From a virus, in the IMG/VR virus record IMGVR_UViG_3300020056_000007: a DNA stretch of 64,000 nt. One strand, given 5' to 3'. Both the position numbers and the translations under genes were made by a program. Shown here in pieces: positions 46,351-55,368 of this stretch. Numbering within the stretch: position 1 is the first letter of the stretch; the number at the start of each line of letters is the position of its first letter. The notes below the pieces were generated by a model. That model saw only the letters and a program-made list of their open reading frames with translations, had not been told where the DNA came from and made no database searches.

Positions 46351-48339
46351 TTAATTTTCTGGATCTAATATATTAGCTGTATTTATAGTACCAATAACCA
46401 ATGGAGTAGTATTCATTGTGCTTTGATCTTGATTAAACACTATTGCATTGCCGCCGTTTCTATCTGCAAAAGCTTTCATAATAGCTAAAAAATTGTTATA
46501 TTCATTAGCACCTGTATTCCCTTGACTATGCTTGAAAAATTCTGGGAATAGTGTATCTATATCTTGTCTAAGGTTTGATGCTCTGAAAGTGTTCTTATTG
46601 AAAGTTCTGGTAACATTATATCCAGCTGCTCTTAATTCTGGGTATGAAAGAGCCCCGTCACCATCAGTATCAGCTCCCATTAATCGTGCCAATGCCGCAG
46701 TCTTTTCTCTAGCTACGTTTTCTGCTTCTGCTCTATCAATTTCAGCTTGAACTTCAGGCGGTGTTTCGAAACCGAACCATGATCTTGCCCAGTCTGGGAC
46801 TAAAGATTCAATGGTTTTACTAATTCCTTCTTTTATCTCAGTCATAGTTGGTAATAGACTTCCAATGTAGTCAAATAGATCTGTAACCCAGTTCTTTATT
46901 ACACCGCCTAAGCTATCGGCCTCATTTTTCTCGAGAAATTTATTATAAGCATCTGTAACATATCCTACAGGATCGCCAAAGAATTTAGTAAGTTCTTCAA
47001 ATGCGGCTGTAATGAATCCCCATGCACCTTCTATAAAATTATCAATGAATTCTACAAATGAGAAGTTTTGTAACTTAACACCAATGTCACCAGCCAAACC
47101 TTGCCCTGGTATTATTTTTCCATTCTCATCGGTTTCTAAGCCAAATAGTTTTTTGTATATCCAGGTCAATCCCATCTTTAATAGATCTAATGGTGCACCA
47201 ACAAAATCACTAACAAATGCAGATATAGCACTTACTACTCTATCACCCATAGTCATATCTGGATTATCTGCATTCTTTAACCAATCTTGCACAGCTTCAT
47301 ACCCAGAAAAAATAAGACCAATTGGCCATAATAATTTACTAACTAATTTTAAAAAGCTTCCACCGATATTAACTATACCTTTTCCAAGTTCAGTAATTCC
47401 TAAAAATTTTGCGGTTGCAGCAAATGTTTTTATAAATGTATTAAAAGTACTTCCAATTGCATCACCTATTAAAACCATTGGTTTTGTAATTTTTCCAAAA
47501 GCATCTACTATTGTGCTAAATGCTTTTCCAACTTTACCACCGTCTGCCGCAGCATCACCTAGTTTTAAAGTATCTGCTAAAGAATCAGCGGCTTTAATGT
47601 CTTTTGGATCTAATTCTGGTATGTTAATTTTCATTTTACCAGCTTCATCTAGCTCAACACCGAGTATTCTAGATACTATTCCATTCTTTGCTTTAACTAA
47701 AGCTTCTTCAAACATTTGTAATGTTGTTTTAAGTTGAAACCCTTTGGCAAATTTTCCTTTTTCACGATTTTGTACTTTTTTTCCATCTTCATCTGTAAGG
47801 AACTCATCAATATCAAAGCCTTTTAGACGATTTCTAATAAAGTCATCTAGTTTTGTAGTAAAATTAGTCATACCCAACTTTAAATTTTCAGGTAAATTTT
47901 TCGCAAAATCTGTTAACTTAAGAAGTGCACCGGCTTCCCAACCTCTTAAACCCTGTGATGCTAGTTCAAGTGCAGTAAGGCCTGCAAGAATAGGTGCAAT
48001 CATGCGTGTTAAAGCTCCAAGCATTCTACCTAAAATAGATCCACCTAATGCTCCACCCAGTCCACCGAATGCTGATTTAGCCCAGTCTGGGAATCCAAAG
48101 CCACTTTTACCTTTTTGTTCCGAACCAGCACCTCCAACACCACCACCTTTTCCTAAGGCTGCAGCTAATTTTTTCATAGATTCACGTTGGTCTTCAAGAT
48201 CTTTTAATCTATTTGTTTTTAATGTTTCAAGATAATTTTGAAGAAGCGTATTGCCCTTATTAACCGCAGCGGTTGTTTCCTGCTGCGATTTCTTATTATC
48301 TTTTAATTGACCAATAATGTGATCTAATGTTGCTGCCAT
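46351..48339 (-). CDS. tape-measure/baseplate hub protein (gp29-like)
   Basis: Long Gly/Ala-rich amphipathic helical protein directly after gp26/gp51. Confidence 0.65.
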   Translation of the reverse strand: MAATLDHIIGQLKDNKKSQQETTAAVNKGNTLLQNYLETLKTNRLKDLEDQRESMKKLAAALGKGGGVGGAGSEQKGKSGFGFPDWAKSAFGGLGGALGGSILGRMLGALTRMIAPILAGLTALELASQGLRGWEAGALLKLTDFAKNLPENLKLGMTNFTTKLDDFIRNRLKGFDIDEFLTDEDGKKVQNREKGKFAKGFQLKTTLQMFEEALVKAKNGIVSRILGVELDEAGKMKINIPELDPKDIKAADSLADTLKLGDAAADGGKVGKAFSTIVDAFGKITKPMVLIGDAIGSTFNTFIKTFAATAKFLGITELGKGIVNIGGSFLKLVSKLLWPIGLIFSGYEAVQDWLKNADNPDMTMGDRVVSAISAFVSDFVGAPLDLLKMGLTWIYKKLFGLETDENGKIIPGQGLAGDIGVKLQNFSFVEFIDNFIEGAWGFITAAFEELTKFFGDPVGYVTDAYNKFLEKNEADSLGGVIKNWVTDLFDYIGSLLPTMTEIKEGISKTIESLVPDWARSWFGFETPPEVQAEIDRAEAENVAREKTAALARLMGADTDGDGALSYPELRAAGYNVTRTFNKNTFRASNLRQDIDTLFPEFFKHSQGNTGANEYNNFLAIMKAFADRNGGNAIVFNQDQSTMNTTPLVIGTINTANILDPEN

Positions 48340-48340
48340 A

Positions 48341-48514
48341 TTATTGCCTCATTTGCTGTGCTCTTTGAGCTTCTTCTTGTCTTTTCAAATGTTCTTCTAG
48401 CATTCCCATATATATTTCCCTTTCCCAAGGTAGCCAATGGTCTATCTCACTCAATGAATAATTATGATGTTGAACCAGGGCGAAAGTCATTTGGTAATAT
48501 ACCGCTAGGTTCAT
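48341..48514 (-). CDS. gp51: gp51-like baseplate hub assembly protein (possibly expressed by -1 frameshift from gp26)
   Basis: YYQMTFALVQHHNYSLSEIDHWLPWEREIY. Confidence 0.85.
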   Translation of the reverse strand: MNLAVYYQMTFALVQHHNYSLSEIDHWLPWEREIYMGMLEEHLKRQEEAQRAQQMRQ

Positions 48515-48528
48515 GTGAGATAGACCTA

Positions 48529-49236
48529 CTAGAAAAAACTTTGCACTCCTTCTAAATCCATTGAAATTTCTTCTCCGCAAGAATTACAGGTATATTCAAT
48601 TTTATGTGATAGCTTTGGAATAGTATCAATAAAATCTCTAATTTTCTGAAATTGCTCTTGTGACATAGATTCAATAAATTCGTTTAATTCTTGTTGACTT
48701 ACATCAGTTGATTTAATATTTTCATCTTCTGTTTGAATACTATCAATACATAATGAAATTAAATTAAAAACTGTATCTGTACTACTGCCTTCAACAATAT
48801 CAACATCTGACATTTCCACAAAACTTGGTGCCTTTAAATTAATAAAAATATTATTTCCTAAATCTACTTTTTGTTGACCAAGATGATTACCTTCAGGTGG
48901 TTCAATGGTGTCTAAATTAATTGTATGTCCTTGTGAAGCTTCACACTTTGGACATTTTAAACTAATTTCAGATGTTTCACCTACTGATTTTGCTCTTACT
49001 TTTAAAAAACAATATTCAACATCAACAGGTGCTAAATTTTGTTTTTCTACACCTTCTACACAGCTTTCAACCATGTCGGCTAAGGCATGAATCATTTGCT
49101 TAGAATCCTGAGATTCCTGAGCTATTAGTAACACCTTTTCTTCTTTAACAAGAAAAGGCCGAAACCTATGCTTCTGTTTAGTGGTAGGCATAGTCAGTTC
49201 ATATTTTGGTTCGGCATTAAGCTTTGGTAAAGCCAT
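48529..49236 (-). CDS. gp26: gp26-like baseplate hub subunit/chaperone
   Basis: MALPKL, FRPFLVKEEKVLL, RAKSVGE, CxxC pairs. Confidence 0.88.
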   Translation of the reverse strand: MALPKLNAEPKYELTMPTTKQKHRFRPFLVKEEKVLLIAQESQDSKQMIHALADMVESCVEGVEKQNLAPVDVEYCFLKVRAKSVGETSEISLKCPKCEASQGHTINLDTIEPPEGNHLGQQKVDLGNNIFINLKAPSFVEMSDVDIVEGSSTDTVFNLISLCIDSIQTEDENIKSTDVSQQELNEFIESMSQEQFQKIRDFIDTIPKLSHKIEYTCNSCGEEISMDLEGVQSFF

Positions 49237-49250
49237 TATATACTCCTAAA

Positions 49251-49931
49251 TTATATTCCAATATTAAAGTCAAATAGTTGACCGGCTGATAAATTAATAT
49301 CTTTTCCTTTCCATTTGGTGTATGAAAAAGATACTACTAATTGAACGAGTCCGTCTAAGTCATTACTTAAATCAATACCATTCACAGTTGTAGGAAATGC
49401 ATCTTCTAAAACGCATGAATAAACACTTCCTCCGCCTAGTCCTAAATTTAAATTAAGTGGACCAATATTTTTACTTAGACCAGCTAAAGGTCTTCTTAAC
49501 TGATGTATTACAATTCTTTTTTCATATTTATCTTTATATTTTACTGTACCACTTTCTTGATCTAAAATGGTTTCATACCATGCATCAAAATAATTCTTAA
49601 CTCCATAATCATTCATAAGATAAAATGTCATTGATACTTCTGGTACAGCATATCCATATGCAACCTTTGACATTTCCATGCCAATTCTTCTATCTGATGT
49701 TAATACTTGTCTACCAGGTAAGGTTACATTAGAACATAAAATATTCATGTCTCTTGTACTAGGATTACTTTGTGCCACACCAGGAAAAGATGGCAAAGGA
49801 AGTAAACTTGCTAAAAATCCACCGAATCCACCTCCGCTACCAATTGCAGGAAGCTCAACCATAAATTGATTATTTTTGGCAAATCCAAATTTAGCATTAG
49901 ATATGGTTTTTAATTCTTCTATAGTACTCAT
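49251..49931 (-). CDS. tail-tube initiator gp54 / gp19-fold protein
   Basis: LCSNVTLPGR, AFPTTV, VSFSY. Confidence 0.75.
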   Translation of the reverse strand: MSTIEELKTISNAKFGFAKNNQFMVELPAIGSGGGFGGFLASLLPLPSFPGVAQSNPSTRDMNILCSNVTLPGRQVLTSDRRIGMEMSKVAYGYAVPEVSMTFYLMNDYGVKNYFDAWYETILDQESGTVKYKDKYEKRIVIHQLRRPLAGLSKNIGPLNLNLGLGGGSVYSCVLEDAFPTTVNGIDLSNDLDGLVQLVVSFSYTKWKGKDINLSAGQLFDFNIGI

Positions 49932-50518
49932 GAATTAATTACTTTCTTTGAATCTGAATAAACTCTTGATGCTGAAGCTTTTCTCCATTGTGCTGTTGGA
50001 AGAAAAGTAGCAATTTCCCATTCAGATGGTTGCACCACAGAAAATCTACTTTTTACATGGTTGGTCAAATAATGTTTATAGCATGGTTCATAATATTTAA
50101 ATTTTGCTGCAGACTTCAATAGTCTAGCTGAAACATTAAATTTTGTTGAGTCATCATACGCCATATTATTTGTAACATCCAATAGGCTATCCAATAATTT
50201 AGCTCTAAGAATTGGGGGAAGATAATGTAGATTTAATCCAAAAAATCCGCCAGGAGCTCGATCAACAACAACTGTAAGAGGAAACTTATCGTAATAAGGT
50301 AATGTTTCTTTATGCTTTGGGTCATAAAAATACATCATCATTCTTCCTGGACCAAATGTATCAGCCTTGGTTAATTCTGGTTCATTTAATAATGCACTTC
50401 TATTAACACGTGTTAACTTTTGAATCCTACGGCGAAACCAATCCCTGGACTCACGAGTCCGTGGTTGTATTCCTCTACGGAATGCTTCAATTTCTAGCTT
50501 TTGAAATAGATTACTCAT
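49928..50518 (-). CDS. gp2: DNA end protector gp2
   Basis: YDPKHKETLPYYDKFPL, GLNLHYL, KHYL. Confidence 0.9.
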   Translation of the reverse strand: MSNLFQKLEIEAFRRGIQPRTRESRDWFRRRIQKLTRVNRSALLNEPELTKADTFGPGRMMMYFYDPKHKETLPYYDKFPLTVVVDRAPGGFFGLNLHYLPPILRAKLLDSLLDVTNNMAYDDSTKFNVSARLLKSAAKFKYYEPCYKHYLTNHVKSRFSVVQPSEWEIATFLPTAQWRKASASRVYSDSKKVINS

Positions 50519-50523
50519 ACTTG

Positions 50524-50531
50524 TATTTATA
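50524..50531 (-). promoter_or_regulatory. late promoter TATAAATA
   Basis: tatttata 5 nt from gp2 ATG. Confidence 0.7.
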
Positions 50532-51033
50532 TCTTTTTCTTACGTTTTTTTCTAGTATAAGGTTTCATTGGTTTAAGCGGTTTTAATTTTCCAGGAATAG
50601 GTTTAGCTAGCAAACCCATTTGAGCTAGAGTTTTTTCTGTCCATATTTGAAACTCCCAACCGCGGTCTTTACAATATTCATTTGCTGCTTCCCACTTATT
50701 CATATTTTTAACATATGTCATTCCTTCAGTAATATATCTTTTGGTTCTTTTAGGACCAATTGGAGGAACTGTTTCTTTTTCAGGTTTTATTTCAATAAGT
50801 ATAGTTTTATCTTCCATAAATACTAATAAATCTGGAAAATATCTATGATATTTTTTATCAACTTCATAATAATATGGGATAATAAGTTCTTCTGATGACC
50901 ATTTTTTTACTTTAGGATTTTGATCACACCATTGAAAGCATGCTTTTTCCCATAATGAACGATAGATGACATTATCAAAATCACCCTTATACTTCTTAAT
51001 ATTGTTTACTTTATATCTTCCAGAATATGGCAT
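50527..51033 (-). CDS. gp4: head completion nuclease gp4
   Basis: MPYSGRY...KYKGD...YRSLWE...HRYFPD...EIKP; start moved to ATG 51033. Confidence 0.92.
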   Translation of the reverse strand: MPYSGRYKVNNIKKYKGDFDNVIYRSLWEKACFQWCDQNPKVKKWSSEELIIPYYYEVDKKYHRYFPDLLVFMEDKTILIEIKPEKETVPPIGPKRTKRYITEGMTYVKNMNKWEAANEYCKDRGWEFQIWTEKTLAQMGLLAKPIPGKLKPLKPMKPYTRKKRKKKI

Positions 51034-51040
51034 GTTTTCA

Positions 51041-51048
51041 TATAAATA
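51041..51048 (+). promoter_or_regulatory. late promoter TATAAATA
   Basis: Consensus before gp48. Confidence 0.75.
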
Positions 51049-51086
51049 AGAGAAAATAGTCTTACTTTTATTTATTAGGAAAACAA

Positions 51087-52226
51087 ATGGCAGAACTTTC
51101 TTATCCACTAAATTTGAATCCCGCCACTCAAGCTAGAATTGGATTTAATTGCTATAAAGCTCAACCAATCGATATGGCAAGTAGTGCTGCAATTCAAGAA
51201 GGATTTTCAGGCATATTATCCGCTGGTAAAGGTGCGTTACTTAATAGTATACAAGCCAATAACACTTTCGCTGATTTTCTCGGAATTGGTGGTGAAAAAC
51301 AAGAAGGGGATGAGGGGAAAACTGCTGAAGAAGCAAAGGCGGATGCTGAAGCTGCTGCTGCACAAAAAAATGCATCAACTCAAAAAATATTAGAAGGATT
51401 GCAAGGATTTAAATATTTTTTAGATACTAAATCTCCGAAAGTGAGTATGTATGTTCCTTTATCACTTGCATATAATGATAATATAATTTATGATAATGTA
51501 AATCTTGGTGCTGCAGGTGCTGCATTTGGCAGAGCACTTAATGAAGGTAGTGGATTAATTGGTGCAATTGGCCAAGGTTTTTTTGATGGATTAAGTAATG
51601 CTACAGAAGTTTTATCAAAAGGAATTGGTGCCGTTGGAGAAGGTGCTGCTGGTAGATTAGCAGCTCAAAGAACTGTACAATTAGCGTCTGGGAAATTATC
51701 TCCTGGTATAGCTAATACCGCAACTCTTGCATTACAAACAACAGTTAATCCTAATACAAGAAGTATGTTTAGAGGGGTTGCTATTAGAGAATTTACTTTT
51801 ACATTTCAAATGGTGCCGAGAAGTGAAAGAGAAGCTAGAGAAGCTCAAAAAATAATTCAATTTTTTAGACAAAGAATGTATCCAACTACGTTCAATCCGT
51901 TTTCACAAACATCAACAATTCCAATTGGATATGAATTTCCAGACTTATTTAGAATTTCATTCAAAATTGGTAACACAAGAATAAAAATTCCTAGAATTCA
52001 TTTAGCATATTTAAGAAATTGTCAAGTAAATTATAACCCAACTGGTTCTAGTTTTCATGATGATGGACAACCGAACGAAATGACAATAACATTGAACTTT
52101 ATGGAACACAAAACATTAAGCCGTAAAGAAATTGGTAATGCTAGTGGTGATGAGTCCGAATTAAGTGAAAGACAAGAAGTAACTAAAAGAATTTACGGTG
52201 CAGGAATGTCAAGTGATGGGTATTAA
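51087..52226 (+). CDS. gp48: baseplate tail-tube cap gp48
   Basis: NPNTRSMFRG, REFTFTFQMVPRS, VNYNP, LNFME. Confidence 0.85.
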   Translation: MAELSYPLNLNPATQARIGFNCYKAQPIDMASSAAIQEGFSGILSAGKGALLNSIQANNTFADFLGIGGEKQEGDEGKTAEEAKADAEAAAAQKNASTQKILEGLQGFKYFLDTKSPKVSMYVPLSLAYNDNIIYDNVNLGAAGAAFGRALNEGSGLIGAIGQGFFDGLSNATEVLSKGIGAVGEGAAGRLAAQRTVQLASGKLSPGIANTATLALQTTVNPNTRSMFRGVAIREFTFTFQMVPRSEREAREAQKIIQFFRQRMYPTTFNPFSQTSTIPIGYEFPDLFRISFKIGNTRIKIPRIHLAYLRNCQVNYNPTGSSFHDDGQPNEMTITLNFMEHKTLSRKEIGNASGDESELSERQEVTKRIYGAGMSSDGY

Positions 52227-52228
52227 AA

Positions 52229-52954
52229 ATGTATTTTAAAGATTACGAAAAAATTAGATATAGTTTTGGAGATGAAACAACCAGAACTCTTTTTCAGAAT
52301 TTAACATTATACACTGATATACTTGATCAGATAAAAGATGATTTAAGTTTTTATGATGTTAAATTTATACAAGAAGGCGAAAGGCCTGATCAAACTTCAG
52401 TGAGATTTTATGGAACACCAATTTATTATTGGACTTTCTTTTTACTTAATGATAAATTAAGAGCAAAAGGTTGGCCAATTGATCGAGTTCAATTATTGCA
52501 AAAACTAAAAACAGAATATAGTAAATTTACTCTTACTTTAAGGCGAGATTTATCTCAAACATTTACACTAGGAGTATATGTTACCGGTAACACTAGTGGT
52601 GCAAGAGGAAAAATTATTCATAGAAATTTAGATAGTGGTCAAATTATAGTTGAATTAGATGATGAGACAGTTAAATTTTTACCAGACGAAGTAGTAACAA
52701 TACTTCAACCTACAACAATTACTGAACAATTGTATGGTGCATCCGAAGAATATTTAGCAGCCAAATATTATAGAGATGGAAGTAAGACAAGAGTTGATTA
52801 TGATCCAATTGTTGGTCCTGGTGCATTATTAGAAGAAGTAACGGTACTTGATCATTATAATGAACAAAACGAAGATTTGAGAAGAATTAAAGTATTGAAA
52901 CCAGAATATTTGGAAAAACTAGCATCAGCATATACACAAGCGGTACAATCATAA
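52229..52954 (+). CDS. gp53: baseplate wedge gp53
   Basis: GERPDQ...FYG..YYW...LN...WP; NEDLRRIKVLKPEY. Confidence 0.9.
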   Translation: MYFKDYEKIRYSFGDETTRTLFQNLTLYTDILDQIKDDLSFYDVKFIQEGERPDQTSVRFYGTPIYYWTFFLLNDKLRAKGWPIDRVQLLQKLKTEYSKFTLTLRRDLSQTFTLGVYVTGNTSGARGKIIHRNLDSGQIIVELDDETVKFLPDEVVTILQPTTITEQLYGASEEYLAAKYYRDGSKTRVDYDPIVGPGALLEEVTVLDHYNEQNEDLRRIKVLKPEYLEKLASAYTQAVQS

Positions 52955-54352
52955 ATGCCTCAAGAAAATTCAAGACAACCGGCTCAGCCGTTCATATTTT
53001 CAAGAGCTGATCTTATATCAACGCGAACTGGTGTAGCTAATCGGTTTGTAAGTCATGATATAAGAGATGCGCTGGTTGATGTAATTATATATGAACAATT
53101 AAATAAACCATATACTACATGCATGATCACATACGTTGATAATGCTGATACGCTATCAAGTTTAGATATTCAAGGTGGAGAAATACTTCATTTAGAGGTT
53201 AAACCTTCAGTAGATCCTCAAGCACCTGGAATAAAAAAAGATTATTATGTTATGAGTGTAACAAATTCTGTAAGGACAAGTGATCTTATGGAAACACAAA
53301 CCTTACTTTGTGTTGATAAAAATTATTTTGAATCTATTAGAAAAAATTGCAATGATGTACTTACTGGTACACCATTAGATATGATATTATCAATAGCGAC
53401 GGATTATTTCAATGACTTAAATGTCTTACACAATTTTAATGATTATCAAGAACTTCATAAAGTTATTGTACCCAATAAAACTCCTTTACAAGCTATGACA
53501 TGGATCAATTCTATGAATATGACATCAGTTGGTCTACCATATTTCTTATACGCCACTATGGGAGACGATACTCTTCGTTATTTTAGTTTAGAAGATCTTA
53601 TCACTCAAGATACGTTTAATGTTGATAAACCTTTAACATATGGTTTTCATACAACAATGGAAACAGTGCAAACCAATGATGTACTTCAAAATTCTTTTAG
53701 TATTCAGCAATATGATTATAAAAACACTCACAAATTAAAAGATTTGATTGATGGAGGATTTACATCAGCTATTCATAGATATTATGATACAAATGTAAAT
53801 AAACATTTTGTTACAGAGTTTTCTGCTGTAGATGCAATGGAACAACTTCATACAAATAACATATATTCAAAAGGTCAAACACGATATAATATTCCAGCTG
53901 GTCAACAATTTGAAGATGAAGGTTTTTTTGATAATTATCATAGAGTCTTTCAACATATAAGTAGTTCAAGACCATACACTGGTTATCTTTCATATCATCA
54001 AAAAGCAAATGAAGCAAATTATCATAAAGAAACAAATAGACGAGCTTACAGAAACTATTTGGTAAAAGAACCACTTAGTGTACAATTTGATGGTAAGTAT
54101 CTTGGAGTTTTGCATGGCATTTTAAGAAAAGAATATCCATCTGCACCTCATTTAATAGGACAAAAAATAAGAATATTATTTAAAAGAACAGCTGAAAATC
54201 CTTCAAGAGATAACGCTGCACTTGATATTAAAAAATCAGGTGATTATATAGTACATTCTGTAAAACACATCTTACAGCGAGAAAGATACGATATTCAAAT
54301 GACTGGCGTAAAAATACAAAGTTATGATGATGGAAGGACGGTGGCTAAATGA
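52955..54352 (+). CDS. baseplate hub protein (gp27-like)
   Basis: Position between gp53 and gp5; SGDYIVHSVKH. Confidence 0.6.
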   Translation: MPQENSRQPAQPFIFSRADLISTRTGVANRFVSHDIRDALVDVIIYEQLNKPYTTCMITYVDNADTLSSLDIQGGEILHLEVKPSVDPQAPGIKKDYYVMSVTNSVRTSDLMETQTLLCVDKNYFESIRKNCNDVLTGTPLDMILSIATDYFNDLNVLHNFNDYQELHKVIVPNKTPLQAMTWINSMNMTSVGLPYFLYATMGDDTLRYFSLEDLITQDTFNVDKPLTYGFHTTMETVQTNDVLQNSFSIQQYDYKNTHKLKDLIDGGFTSAIHRYYDTNVNKHFVTEFSAVDAMEQLHTNNIYSKGQTRYNIPAGQQFEDEGFFDNYHRVFQHISSSRPYTGYLSYHQKANEANYHKETNRRAYRNYLVKEPLSVQFDGKYLGVLHGILRKEYPSAPHLIGQKIRILFKRTAENPSRDNAALDIKKSGDYIVHSVKHILQRERYDIQMTGVKIQSYDDGRTVAK

Positions 54353-55368
54353 GCGCAAAGACTCACTTCTATGGTGATAACGTAAGATGGTTTATTGGCC
54401 AAGTTGCACGTAATACTTCACCTGATCCAACTCGAACTGGAAGAATAAAGGTTAGAATTTTTGGTATACACGATTCTTATGATATTCGTGAAGCTGATCT
54501 TCCGTGGGCTCAAGTGATATCGCCAAGTGTTTTTGGTGGTGGATCTGGGCTAACACCTGGAACTCGTATAGAAGCTCAGACTCTAGTGTTTGGATTTTTT
54601 CTTGATGGTGAGCATTCTCAACTTCCTCTCGTCATTGGTTCTATACCAACTCGTGAGTCTCTTGTAACTCCTCAATATCAATATGGAGATACTCAAAATA
54701 AAATAAACGAAACAACTGTATTTTCAGATGCAGAAAATGAACAATTTTCATCATATGGATTTGATGAAAATGCTGAAGGAGGTATGGCAAATCCTGGACC
54801 AGATAATTATGATGTAACTCGAGGATCTGATGTCTTATTCGGCCAAGACAATTTAGAAAGAGCATGGTATTGGTTTAGAAGTGTAACTGGTGGAGATTAT
54901 AGTGCTGAAGCAACTGCAGGTCTTCTTGGAAATTTTTGGATAGAGTCAGGTCCACCTGCTGGTGGATTGCCAGATGATATTAACCCAGACGCAAGGAATG
55001 ACACAGATGAACAATCTTATGGAATTGCACAATGGAATCCTTTTAATGGTGGTAATAGAGCCTATGTTAATCCTAAGTCTCGATTAGCAAAATATTATGC
55101 ATTTGTTGCTGATTTCGGTGGAGATATGCAAGTAGAATGGTTGCTTCCTCAGCTCATGTTTGTAACTTATGAACTCGAACATGACCCAGTTCATGGTTGT
55201 AGCGCTGAATTACATGCTGCTACTACTCCAGAAGAAGCAGCTCGTATTGTAGAAGTTCATTACGAAAAACCAGAATTCTATGATAAACCTAATCATCCAA
55301 GATCGAGTAGCTTTGCTCGGCGTGCAGCGGCTAGAAACATTTATAAAAGATTCACAGGGACTGATTGA
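54349..55368 (+). CDS. gp5 N-terminal OB domain fused to phage-tail lysozyme domain
   Basis: DP..GRIKVRIFGIH..LPWA..VFGFFLDG; AGLLGNFWIES..YGIAQW. Confidence 0.85.
   Translation: MSAKTHFYGDNVRWFIGQVARNTSPDPTRTGRIKVRIFGIHDSYDIREADLPWAQVISPSVFGGGSGLTPGTRIEAQTLVFGFFLDGEHSQLPLVIGSIPTRESLVTPQYQYGDTQNKINETTVFSDAENEQFSSYGFDENAEGGMANPGPDNYDVTRGSDVLFGQDNLERAWYWFRSVTGGDYSAEATAGLLGNFWIESGPPAGGLPDDINPDARNDTDEQSYGIAQWNPFNGGNRAYVNPKSRLAKYYAFVADFGGDMQVEWLLPQLMFVTYELEHDPVHGCSAELHAATTPEEAARIVEVHYEKPEFYDKPNHPRSSSFARRAAARNIYKRFTGTD

Noticed and set aside
46203-46376. Possible 57-codon ORF across the structured region after gp32
   Set aside because: No SD, runs through the terminator, atypical codon use.
46532-48235. 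Long plus-strand ORFs opposite the tape-measure gene
   Set aside because: Antisense shadows caused by codon bias; no SD or motifs.
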